Under the pieces are notes generated by a model. It saw nothing but the letters and a program-made list of their open reading frames with translations, made no database searches and had not been told where the DNA came from. Below are positions 24,400 to 34,480 of a stretch of 39,974 bases of DNA, one piece after another. The stretch covers positions 1-39,974 of the forward strand of contig JALAIB010000052.1 of NCBI GenBank assembly GCA_023645945.1, in the 5' to 3' direction. Made by a program: the position numbers and the translations under genes. Numbering within the stretch: position 1 is the first letter of the stretch; the number at the start of each line of letters is the position of its first letter. This stretch comes from Diploschistes diacapsis (Eukaryota).

Positions 24400-25843
24400 G
24401 CAGTGGTAGCAAAGATTACAAAGACCAAAAGAAGGCTATCACACCATAGTTGCAAGCCAACCCAGCTGTTAGCACTACGAAGAATCGCTCCGGCAATGGG
24501 CTCTCAAACCAAGGCTCCAATTCCCGCAATAGTAAGGGGCGATTCCTGTCTGAATACCGATCGTGTTAAGCTCGGGCGATAAGCTGATAATCGTTACGCC
24601 AGGTAGGGAGTTGAATGCTCCGGCCAAAAAACCCGTAGAGCACTGCAAATACAAGGATCCCAACGGGGGTTTTGATTCCGATCCAACAGAAGGATAAGAT
24701 TGTTGCGCACAATGCATTCGGAAGCTGCATGTTTGAAGGACCGATCTTGTCCGCAAGGTAATTTGAAATTAGGCGACCAAGCAACGTACTAGCATTCACA
24801 ATCGATAGGAGGTGGTTCTGGCTGATGTCGGTTTGCGCAAGGGCACAGAGCTGGATATAAAAGAAAGCAATATAAACGCCCATGAAACCGAATAGATTGC
24901 CGATGGCGTAGATTGCAAGAGGATTTGATCTATAGGCTTTTGAACCTGTAAATCAACGGTGCCTCGGGATGGGAGGTTTCATGAAAATTAGTGGTATCGT
25001 CTGCAGCGTAAGAATAATGAAGCCAAGGTCCGGACAGTCCAACCAAATCCTATCCGAGGCTCTAGTTCCCTAAAAATCAATGGATAGAGAACACCTCCTG
25101 ATTGATCAAGATTAGAGATTCCTGACCATATATAGCATAAGCGTAACAGTACCTATACTTCCTCCAAGAGATGTAATACCAAAAGCAATCGACTTTTTGG
25201 TGGTGAAGTATTGGGCCACAAAGGTTATGGTAGGCAGAAAGAGACAACCAAAGCCTAAACCAATGACTGGACCCTGGACCAAGAGAAAGTGCCAGTACTC
25301 GTAAAGATGCTGGTGATGAACATGCCAAAACAAATGAACAAGGTTCCAAGTGCCAACAACATGCGTAAAGATCCTCTATCAAATATAGGACAGGCGACCA
25401 GACCGCCCAGGAACAGAAGAAAGACTTGTAATGAGCCTATCCAGCATATGTTATCAGGAGTCTCAAGATAGAACGTCTCGAAGACACGGAAGGAATTTGC
25501 CAGGCCCCTAGGATGTAAGTATAAGGTATTTAGTGAATGCAGATAGAAACTTAATCGCCCTCATGCACATACCATGTATTGAAGGATAAACAAAACCCTC
25601 CTAGAACTTGGAGCCAAGCTTTATGTCCTCCATCTGGGATGGGAGTTTCCGTAGACGGGTCCGCTGCGATAAGAGACCGTTGAGAATTCTCGGTGGTATG
25701 GTAGTCGATAAAATCAATCTCGGTTTTCTGAAATTGAATAGTTTTGCGAAAGTGCGCGTAATGAGGCGTGGAGAGAACGCGAAGCTGCCATCGGATAAAC
25801 ACTTGAAGATGAAGAGAAGATATCCTTGGTAGGGAGAACACAA
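24400..25843 (-). pseudogene. Degraded MFS monocarboxylate (MCH-like) transporter
   Basis: PDGGHKAWLQVLGGFCLSFNTW, QGPVIGLGFGCLFLP...AQYFTTKKSIAFGITSLGGSIG, LLSIVNASTLLGRLISNYLADKIGP. Pieces lie in different frames with in-frame stops. Confidence 0.8.
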
Positions 25844-26151
25844 AAGGGGTTGGGTAGGATCTCGGGCTTTTTAGCTTCTTAAAGCGGCCATGGGTGTTGT
25901 TGCAGCGCCGCCTACGGGATTAAAAAGCATCCTGGACGGGGGAAATCCCACAGGCACCGTTTAGTTTATGTTGCTGATACCCCTACAATAATCGTCGATT
26001 GTATTGTATTTGATGCACACAATCGAGATGACTTGCGGGGAACTTCGAATGCTATTCTAATCATGTCTAGTTTCGATCTTTATTTATTCTTTACTCCTCT
26101 CGTCGTTTCTCATCCTGAAGATAAGCTCGCTCTCGGAGGAATTCACTCACA

Positions 26152-27315
26152 ATGTCATCTCCTAGCAGCCAAGATGACAGACGCAGCGACAACATTGGGG
26201 CATCAGCTGTTGTTCTTGTTCTTGCCTTGGTCTCTATCTCTCTAAGGTTTTGGTCTCGTATGACTTCTAAGAGCGCCGGGCTATGGTGGGATGATTGGCT
26301 AGCGTTAGCATCAGTCGTATGTCTATTCCAGAGCTACCCCACTAAAGATTCTTTCTAAAGATCTTGATAGCCTTTTATCATTGTGAGCTGCTCGCTATCG
26401 TTTTGGTGGACCACCTTAGGTCTTGGACTGCACGTCAACCAAGCATCCGGAAATCTAACGCAATGGCTTCTCATTCTTTGGATCTACAACCTTACATATA
26501 ACACCGGCTTGTCCTGCGTTAAGCTTTCTGTTGTTCTATTTTACTTTCGGGTATTCCAGCATCTTCGCATATATAGTATTGCTCTTTGGTTCACCGCCTT
26601 CCTTGTAGTCGCTTGGTTTCTTGGGACCAATCTTTCATCGATTTTCCAGTGCTCTCCCGTCCAGAGTGCATGGGACAAAAACATCAAGGGTCACTGTATT
26701 GCTAGCGGACCAGACTTTCTGGGTACCGCTATCTCAAACCTCGTGGTTGATTTGGTCATCTTGCTTATACCACTTCCTGCATTATGGAGATTGCATGTCA
26801 GTCGAACTCGAAAGCTTGCTCTAACCGGTGTATTTATTTGTGGCTATTGGTAAGTGGATACAGCCCCAATTCCGATGTCGATAGTTGACAAAATTTAGTG
26901 TTGTAGTCATCTCTATTGTACGTCTAGTATCCATTGTTCAACTTGGAAATCACGAAATGGATGACTTGACCTGTGAGTGGGATTCCATGAAACCTTCTGC
27001 TAAAAGTTAGGACTTGGAAGAGACTGATGTGCTTCAGGGGTCTTTGTGAACCCTCAGCTTCTTGTCTTAATCGAAACACCGATAGCACTGTTTAGCTCTT
27101 GCCTCCCGGCCATCTTTCAGCTCTTTAAGCGCCTATACGAGAAACGACGATTTGGTACGACAAAGACCTCGAAGCATCTAACTTGCAACCCAAACATCAA
27201 AATGGGGCCTCTTGGGAACCCCCTAGATAGAAAAGATGGCCATGACTTCGAGCGACTACCAGATCAAGGAGACGGGCTTGCATCAAGGGAGAGATTAGAT
27301 TCAGGAACAGGCTAA
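26152..27315 (+). CDS. PTH11-like (fungal rhodopsin-domain) integral membrane protein; introns 26317-26370, 26850-26898, 26973-27037
   Basis: SLRFWSR, GLWWDDWLALAS, VKLSVVLFYFRVF, IFQCSPVQSAWD, DLVILLIPLPALWRLH, SIVRLV. Three canonical introns give an uninterrupted frame. Confidence 0.88.
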
Positions 27316-27569
27316 CAGTCCGGAAGATGCTACAGACAATCAAATAGCAAATAGCGTAAGAAACATGATACTGCTCTGATGATTTGAACTCAGGACAAAT
27401 ACTATAGTACGACTGCCCTTGTTTTGAAATATAGCAGGAACAACTCGTCGGACATGCAAAGGTAACCGGGCGATTTCTCTGTTGCTTCCTTGGCAGAGAA
27501 AATGTCTTGGATAGTTAGCTATTAAGGCAAGGTGCATTCCTGCCTACGCCCCTTAGCAACACTCTGCAT

Positions 27570-27676
27570 GGAGGGCATCAACGATCGCATACATCCGAGC
27601 TGATTCCAGCACAGTATCACGCCAGGGAAGGGGCAATCAACGATCGCACACCTCCGAGCTGACTCTAGTACAGTCC
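27570..27676. repeat. Diverged tandem duplication, 60-bp period
   Basis: tcaacgatcgcatacatccgagctgattccagcacagt versus tcaacgatcgcacacctccgagctgactctagtacagt, 60 bp later. Confidence 0.85.
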
Positions 27677-27832
27677 CCCTCAGGCTGCAAAAATATTTGC
27701 CGGAAACATTCGACCACCTAATTACCTAGCAATGATAGCCTTGACTATTCCCCAAATCTTTCATCTCTACTATCCTATATCATTGATCTCTAATGTTTCA
27801 TGAAGCACCATCTGGTTTCAGAATGAATCAAG

Positions 27833-29200
27833 GTGTCTCCATCTCCTACAAATCATAAACCTTCCACTAGAAGCGCCAAATTGAAGCTTATCATCGAGAA
27901 GTACCGTACTGATCTTGCCCCGTTTGAAGAGGTCTACAAAGATATCCATCGAAAATCACGAACTCTCCGGCACAGAATCGCTTACTGCTGCCATTGCTGC
28001 CGATTACGTCGAGAGCCTAGGGGCTTTTCGTGTACACCGCAAGATCGGTGGACATGGTGTTGTTGCTGTAATGGATAATGGGGATGGTCCGACGGTGCTG
28101 CTCAGAGCGGATATGGACGCTTTACCACATCTCGAACAGACGGGTCTCCCCTATGCAAGCAATAAGACTGCGAAGGACCGGCAGGGAAATGACACCCCCG
28201 TTATGCACGCATGCAAGCAACGTTAGAGCTTTGGTTTCTAACCAGTACTGATATCTTACCTCAAAGCGGCCATGATATGCATGTCGCCTTACTTATGGGC
28301 GTCGCAAAATTGCTCCAGGCCGCCCGTTCAGAATGGAGTGGTACTCTTATTTGTCTGTTTCAACCGGCTGAGGAATTAGCCGAGGGAGCAGTTGCTATGA
28401 TAGAAGATGGGCTTTATGATTACAAGAAATATGGCGTGCCCAAGCCAGACATGGTCTTGGCGCAACATACACATGCTGTCAGAGCAGGGAGAATCACACT
28501 TAGCCCGGGGCCTATCTTGACCGCCATCGACTCCTTGGAAGTAAGGATATTCGGAAAAAGCGGACACGTTTGTCGAGTTGATCTTTGTATCGATCCTGTT
28601 CTTATCGCTTGTTCCTGCGTGGTACGGATGCAGAGCATCGTCAACAAGGAAGTGCGGCCTGAAGAATTTGCCGGAGTAGCTTGCAGCAGCAGTCACGGTG
28701 GTAATGCTGCCAATATAGTTCCGGATTTTGTTGACTTTAAAGTCACGATCCGGTCCTATACCCCCACCATTCATGAGCGGATCGTCGAAGCCGCTAAACG
28801 GACAATTTGCGCCGAATGCGAGATATCCAAGGCACCGGAGCCGCAGATTAAGCATTTCATGAAGGCTCCTTCGACCATCAACGACGAGCGCAGCGAAGCT
28901 ATCTTGAAAAGAGAATTCAGTGCATACTTTGGAGAGGATTCTACCGCTTTGTATCCCTTCGGTGCGAGCGAGGATTTCTCTTATCTTGCCAACGCATGTG
29001 GCGCCCCCTGTCTTTTTGGGATGTTTGGATGCATCGACCCCAACCTATGGGACTTGAAAGAGAAAGAAGGAAAGCCCAATGAGGTCCCACATCATTCCAC
29101 CAACTGTGCACGAATAATACAGCCCACAATGACCAAAGCTTTGGATGCATTAGCTTTAGCTGCACTAACTCTCCTAGACGGACCGGAAAAGGCTTCATAG
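27833..29200 (+). pseudogene. M20 family amidohydrolase (hippurate-hydrolase-like), probably inactivated
   Basis: GPTVLLRADMDALP, MHAC/GHDMH, FQPAEE and SEDFSYLA motifs. There is a +1 frameshift in the A-run 27952-27955, no usable in-frame ATG, and an intron (~28213-28265) with GC/AA rather than GT/AG ends. Confidence 0.8.
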
Positions 29201-29499
29201 AAAAGCTATAACCATGCTTATGCTTTGGAATGAACTTACGTCAAACGACCCACCAGAGGAGAAGTTGACCTTTGAAGATTCTGGTATTCATTGCCTATTA
29301 TGTCTTGCTCTAGCAGTGTAGCTGTGAACATATGTACGAGCTTGCAAGTAAATAGAGGCTAGATCTGTCCAATCAACCCAAGAATGTGTCCATTAAGTTC
29401 TTTGATTTGATATGATTGGGCAGGAATGCAATGTAATGAGGGGCTGAGTGGGGAAGAGGGGAGGCCAAAAAACTTGCTACGCCCCTTAGTTTTTTTGGC

Positions 29500-29780
29500 A
29501 ACACCATTTCATATAACCTAATAATCTCTAATAATTGTTGGATCTCTTAATCCAACATTAATTAATTTATAATCCAACATAATTATGGAATCTAATTATC
29601 CAACATTTATTAGATCCATGGTCCAATAATCTTCAGATACTAGTAGAATCATCGATTATTATTAATAGGATCCTCGATAATGTTTTATTAGGTTTTAGAC
29701 TAGTGTAGAACCTCCTAGAACCTTCGAGTCCCATTAGTTGCTGAGTCAGACTAACTAGCCTATTGGGTTAATAATCTGAC
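29500..29780 (+). mobile_element. AT-rich RIP-like transposon relic, repeat family copy 1
   Basis: Aligns by eye with the reverse complement of 39231-39522; internal tccaa(c/t)a subrepeats; TpA-rich. Confidence 0.75.
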
Positions 29781-30104
29781 AGTTTACAAGGCACTAAATG
29801 AAGTATTTAAAAATTCGGCCAGCTTACGTTGTTGGCCTTCTTCGCGAATATTATATATACCAAACTCAGGGCTTCCCGTATTTAACTTTTTGGCTTAATT
29901 TCTTCGAGTCGGTTCTCTACACTTTCTGCAGTAGACGGAGTGTGTAGTGTATTGAATTGAATTGAATTATGATGATGGCTAGCTAGGTGGGCCAGCGAGC
30001 ACTATATAGCCATAGTGGGCAGCATCGCCATAGATGCTGCTGCAGCGACGTCAGCAGCGACGTCAGCAGGACCTACCCCTGGCAGCACCAGCTATGCCAT
30101 TATC

Positions 30105-31064
30105 ATTAGCTATTGGTCTAAGTCTTATACGCGCTCTTACTAAATCATATTTTAGATGGATATGACACTTTCTGTCGTCTTCGTGCGGACGTTATCCCTG
30201 TGCTGATCCCAATTCAAAGCCTCGAAGAGCTGAGTTCTTTTATACCGCAGCTTGAAAATACCATTCAAAGAGCAGACTGTCCAATCAAAGCTTTAGTACT
30301 GTCTAATCCACATAATCCCTTGGGTCGATGCTATTCTCGACAAGCTTAGGAGAGCTGCTTGAAGTTTTGTCAAAAAGAAAATATACATCTGATTTCGGAC
30401 GAGATTTTTGGGCCTGTGACTTTTCATTGCCCTGACCTGCCCCTTGATGAACCTTTTGTATCTGTTCTGTTACTGGATTGTGAAACCTTTGGCTGTGACT
30501 TATCTCGCGTACATACCATCTGGAGCCCAAGCAAGGTTTTTGCGATGACTGGACTAAGATTGGTAAGTCAGCTTCATTTAGAATATCGAAGAATTTATCG
30601 ACAAGCTGATTTCCTTCCAAGGGATGCACCATAACACACGCAAACCACGACTTACGAGATGGCCTAGCACTGGCAGCTTTTACGAATGTTTCTACTCTAT
30701 CGGCTCTGCTGACGACTGAGCTACTTGCATCCTCCCATCTGCAAAGGATTATGGATAAGAACTCGCGGCGCTTCGAGCAATCGTACAAGGTCCTTATCTC
30801 GTGGCTGAAAGCTATCGGTTTACGGTACCTTCCTTGCAATGCGGCACCTTTTGTACTCGTTCATATTGTACCAGACGCTCAGACTTGGGAAAGCGAAGCG
30901 ACCGTGGTCCAGAGATTAAGAGACGTCGGTATATGGGTTAGCCCAGGAAGAAGCCATCATATGCCTGAATATGCTAAAGCTGGGTGCGTATTACATTTGC
31001 TGTGAGAGCGGAGCGAGTTGCAAGAAGCATTGCCAAAGATTGAAGCAATCGTCCATTCAAAATA
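30105..31064 (+). pseudogene. 5'-truncated class I/II PLP aminotransferase (ACC-synthase-like)
   Basis: IKALVLSNPHNPLGRCY, HLISDEIFG, IWSPSKVF..TGLRL (PLP lysine) and WVRITFA. In-frame TAG at 30347-30349, frameshifts near 30978-31020, intron 30563-30621, N terminus absent. Confidence 0.85.
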
Positions 31065-31450
31065 ATCAAGAAAGAGAAGCTGTTGATCCTTATAAGTCTT
31101 CAATGCAGCTCCGCCGCTAAACCGTTATTATGTTATGACATTTTTGACATACGATCCTTACTCATGTTGAATTAACGAAATAACGAATAGATTTAAAAAG
31201 CCAATTCAATAAAAGTAAAACAAACGATCACCTGAACCAGTAATGACCTGAACCAGTAATGATTTTAATAATATAAGCCCTGCAGCACATGTCGTAGATC
31301 TGGACGTATAGAAACAGGTTATCCAAACTTGCTTATAGAATTTCACCCGCACATATTCCAACCATATAATATTTAACGTAAACTTATAATATATATAGCA
31401 TAATAAGTAAATTGTCACGATCCAGCTAAGCTTAAAAATTAATTTAAGTA

Positions 31451-31565
31451 TCAGGTTATTAACCTAGAAAGGCTATTAAGTTATTAGATTCTTAACCTAA
31501 ATCAGTTAGTCTGTCTTATTAAAAAGCTATTAGTGGGATCTCGAAGGTTCTAGAAGGTTCTAGTG
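31451..31565 (-). mobile_element. AT-rich repeat family copy 2 (partial) within an AT-rich tract ~31120-31630
   Basis: Reverse complement tagaaccttctagaaccttcgagatcccactaatagct...ggttaataacctga matches 29706-29780. Confidence 0.65.
31542..31561. promoter_or_regulatory. Perfect 4-unit heat shock element (nGAAnnTTCnnGAAnnTTCn)
   Basis: cGAAggTTCtaGAAggTTCt, ~110 bp upstream of the ATG at 31669. Motif match only; function not shown. Confidence 0.5.
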
Positions 31566-31668
31566 TAAATAAAAAAAGTGTTGGCCAGTATTTGCCGACA
31601 CATGATATTATCCGTAACAAAACCACATAATTATATTCCTCACCCCTCTACTTCTCTCACATTGACAG

Positions 31669-33284
31669 ATGGACACAAATGGTCCACCATGCCAGGTCTG
31701 TCTCCGGATACCTGACCGTACTATACCCTTTTTCTGCTTGAACTGTGCTCGCAATGTGCTCTATGAGCCGCGAATAAAACGTACAAAAGCGCTTCTTGAA
31801 AAAGAAGCTCTTGCAAAAGAGGTAGATAAAATTGCAACTCATGCCAACGATGTAGTGGCTAGCAATGCTATCAAGGCGCTGCTATTAGATAATACTGGGA
31901 GCTTGGGTGACTGTCTTGAGGTTGAGGAGGCTAAGTCTGAGACGGCTCAATCCAAGGCGCGAGCTACGACTATCCTCGAAGAAGCTAGAAACGTACGCGA
32001 TCAAATCGGCAAAATGCGCGGGAACATCATGAGAATGAGAAGTGAACACACCAAGCGCGCATCTGCTCTCGAGCCAGCTAGAGATTTTCTTAAGCTGGAG
32101 GTGGACAAAACCATGGTAGCTTTGCAAGAGGATATCTCGTCTACGCAGGGCAGCTGGGACCGGTTACATGAGCGCGCAAGAGAAGCAAGGATCTTTCTTT
32201 GCAGAGAGGCTGCGGCTCTATATCGGTTAGAGCAAAGAAAGAAAAGGAAGGGAGTACAGGGGAGGGATACATATCTCATCGGCGGCGTTCCTATAATAGA
32301 CCTCCGGGACCTGAACAGTAAAATCACGGCCCTTCCGTCGAGCAGAATCAGACTAAGCGCGTATTAGATGCAGATCCAGAGCAAGTGACCACGTCAATAT
32401 CCCGAGTAGCTCATCTACTTCACCTAGCTTCGCATTACCTTGGTCTGCGACTACCTGCCGAGATATCTCTTGCGACGGCCTCCCAGCCCTACTGTCACAT
32501 ACACACTCCTCTATCCTCATATAAAGTTGCCATGTTACCATCTGGGCCACGTCATCAGTCTTCCGTTGCCCCTTCAGTGCCTCGACAAAGGATACTCCAG
32601 TTAGACCGCCCTCTTCATCAGTTGGCCTCCGAGGAGCCCATCAACTATTCACTTTTTGTAGACGCTATCACTCTCCTTGCTTGGGACATAGCTTGGGTTG
32701 CAAAGACTCAGGGGCTTGATGTCGGTGCGAAGACGTGGGAAGATATTTGTGCTCTAGGTAAGAATATGTGGAACCTCTTGGTTGCACCCCCTCGTCCACC
32801 TAGGCCGAGGGGACGCGATGCGATAACCAACTCATCGAAAGTCCCGCCATCGTCACCATCACGGTCGCCGTCAGCACTAGCACAAGGCCTGCTTTCACCC
32901 GCCTCTCAGGTTGCGGTCGCTCCTCCTAGTCCTGGGCAGTACACCCATAATTCTTCTCACTCGTTCCTCCCTTCATCAGGTCCAGATGGAGGTGCTGAAC
33001 ACCTCCGCGGCTGGCGCTTTGCGAATCCAGTGCGCATCATCGACCGAATCAAATCCGCCCTGCTAAATGAGCGAACCGGCGCTGAATGGGAGGTCTTAGA
33101 AAAACCGGACTCTGAGGATGCAGAAGAGGAAACCTTGAAGACTTTACAAGTGACGCCAAATCAGCATCTTTCTACCGGTCTGAAGACAGCAGAAGAAATG
33201 GGGCCCTCAGAGGAAGTGGCCTACGAGCCTTCCAAGTCCAGGAAGGGATGGACAAAGCTGAAAAATCCTAATGCAGATCCATAG
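31669..33284 (+). CDS. ATG14/UVRAG (Vps38) family PI3K-complex subunit; intron 32318-32367
   Basis: N-terminal CxxC...FFCxxCAR zinc motif, long coiled coil, RIFLCREAAALY, IGGVPIIDLRDLN, YLGLRLPAEISL, LLAWDIAWV..TQG, EWEVL and GWTKLK. Confidence 0.85.
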
Positions 33285-33642
33285 GCTGTCGCGCTGACAT
33301 TCGCTGACCTCTACTCTATCCATGCTCTTGATGACTTTTGATGCCAACCAGCGTCCAGAGTTCTGCCAGCAAAGCTATGTCTAGCTCTCATCAGGTATGT
33401 TTGTGTTTTGCACTGGGCATATGGTTCCTACATGACATGTCTCTTTATTCTTTCTTTAATAGATGAGTATTGCGTCTTAACCGTTTGTCACTTTTTTAAA
33501 TATCTATCTCTTGCTATCTTTCAACGTACACGTATTCTCTCTTGCTGCTAGTTACTGTAGCTGTACGAACCGAAAGCACCCTCAAAGCTTATGTATACTC
33601 AAAAACGCTTACAGCTTTCTATTGTTATCTCACACTCCCACT

Positions 33643-34046
33643 ATGCCAATTGAGAAGTACTACAGCACTCTTACATGATTTACTAACCTAATGCATTCTT
33701 ATTAGATTGCCGTGCCCTGTCCCGGAGGGTCCCTTATTGCCCTATGTCTCAATGTCAAGGCCGACAACGCCTGAGCTCCTTGACACTACCCGGCTGGATA
33801 ATGTCACGACTCGGCGATCCGCATCTGCTCCACCATCTCCGTGTCAGGAATTCAGAATTCCAGCTCTCCTACTCTTTTTCAACGTCGATGAAGTAAGTCT
33901 GGACCGAACCCCAGAGCACACCGTGGATGCAAACTGACACGGTTCTCTTGTCACAGGGGGATTTCGCTCAAACAAGGAAACCAACTCCCGAGTCCCTCTT
34001 CGATGATGGGCAACGGTTTGCTGTCAAATTCCCCGCCAGCTTCTAG
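33643..34046 (+). CDS. Putative small spliced orphan gene (~96 aa); introns 33657-33705 and 33893-33956
   Basis: Two intron-like segments with branch sites (CTAAC/CTAAT; GTAAGT...ACTGAC...CAG) join MPIEK, the 33707 ORF and a last exon in frame. No recognisable homology. Confidence 0.4.
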
Positions 34047-34480
34047 ATTGCCAGCCAGCCATCATGTGTCTTTCCAGCCGTGCTGGTTGAAGCAGCGCTT
34101 GAGGACAGAGTGAAAGGGTTCTGCATCAACAGCCACAAGCACTTTTAGTTCGAACCTCCTACTCATCCACCCCACGAAAGTGCTTGTTGAATGGAGAGGC
34201 AATCAAGCGTAGTAGGGAGAGCTTACGCCAAAATGCCGAGAATTAATCGGCTATTGTATACTAGTTTAGTGTAGTGGGTGGAGAAAGTCAAAAAAAACAC
34301 CTTTGCAGCAGTTTGTACGCGACAAGTTTTTCCAGACATGTGATTAGCATTTTTAGGAAAGATTGCACGCAGCAAGCAGGAGAGTACCTTGGGGCCTACG
34401 AAAACCTACAACCACCTACCCTTTCATGTGTTTTTTTGCACGCTAGCAAAGTCAGTACCCAAATCTCCACGAAACCGAAG

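Noticed and set aside
27952..27955. Programmed frameshift in the M20 gene
   Set aside because: No slippery heptamer or stimulatory structure, and other lesions point to decay or sequencing error.
30347..30349. Stop-codon readthrough or A-to-I-corrected TAG in the aminotransferase
   Set aside because: The gene also lacks its 5' part and has frameshifts; Leu rather than Trp is expected at this position.
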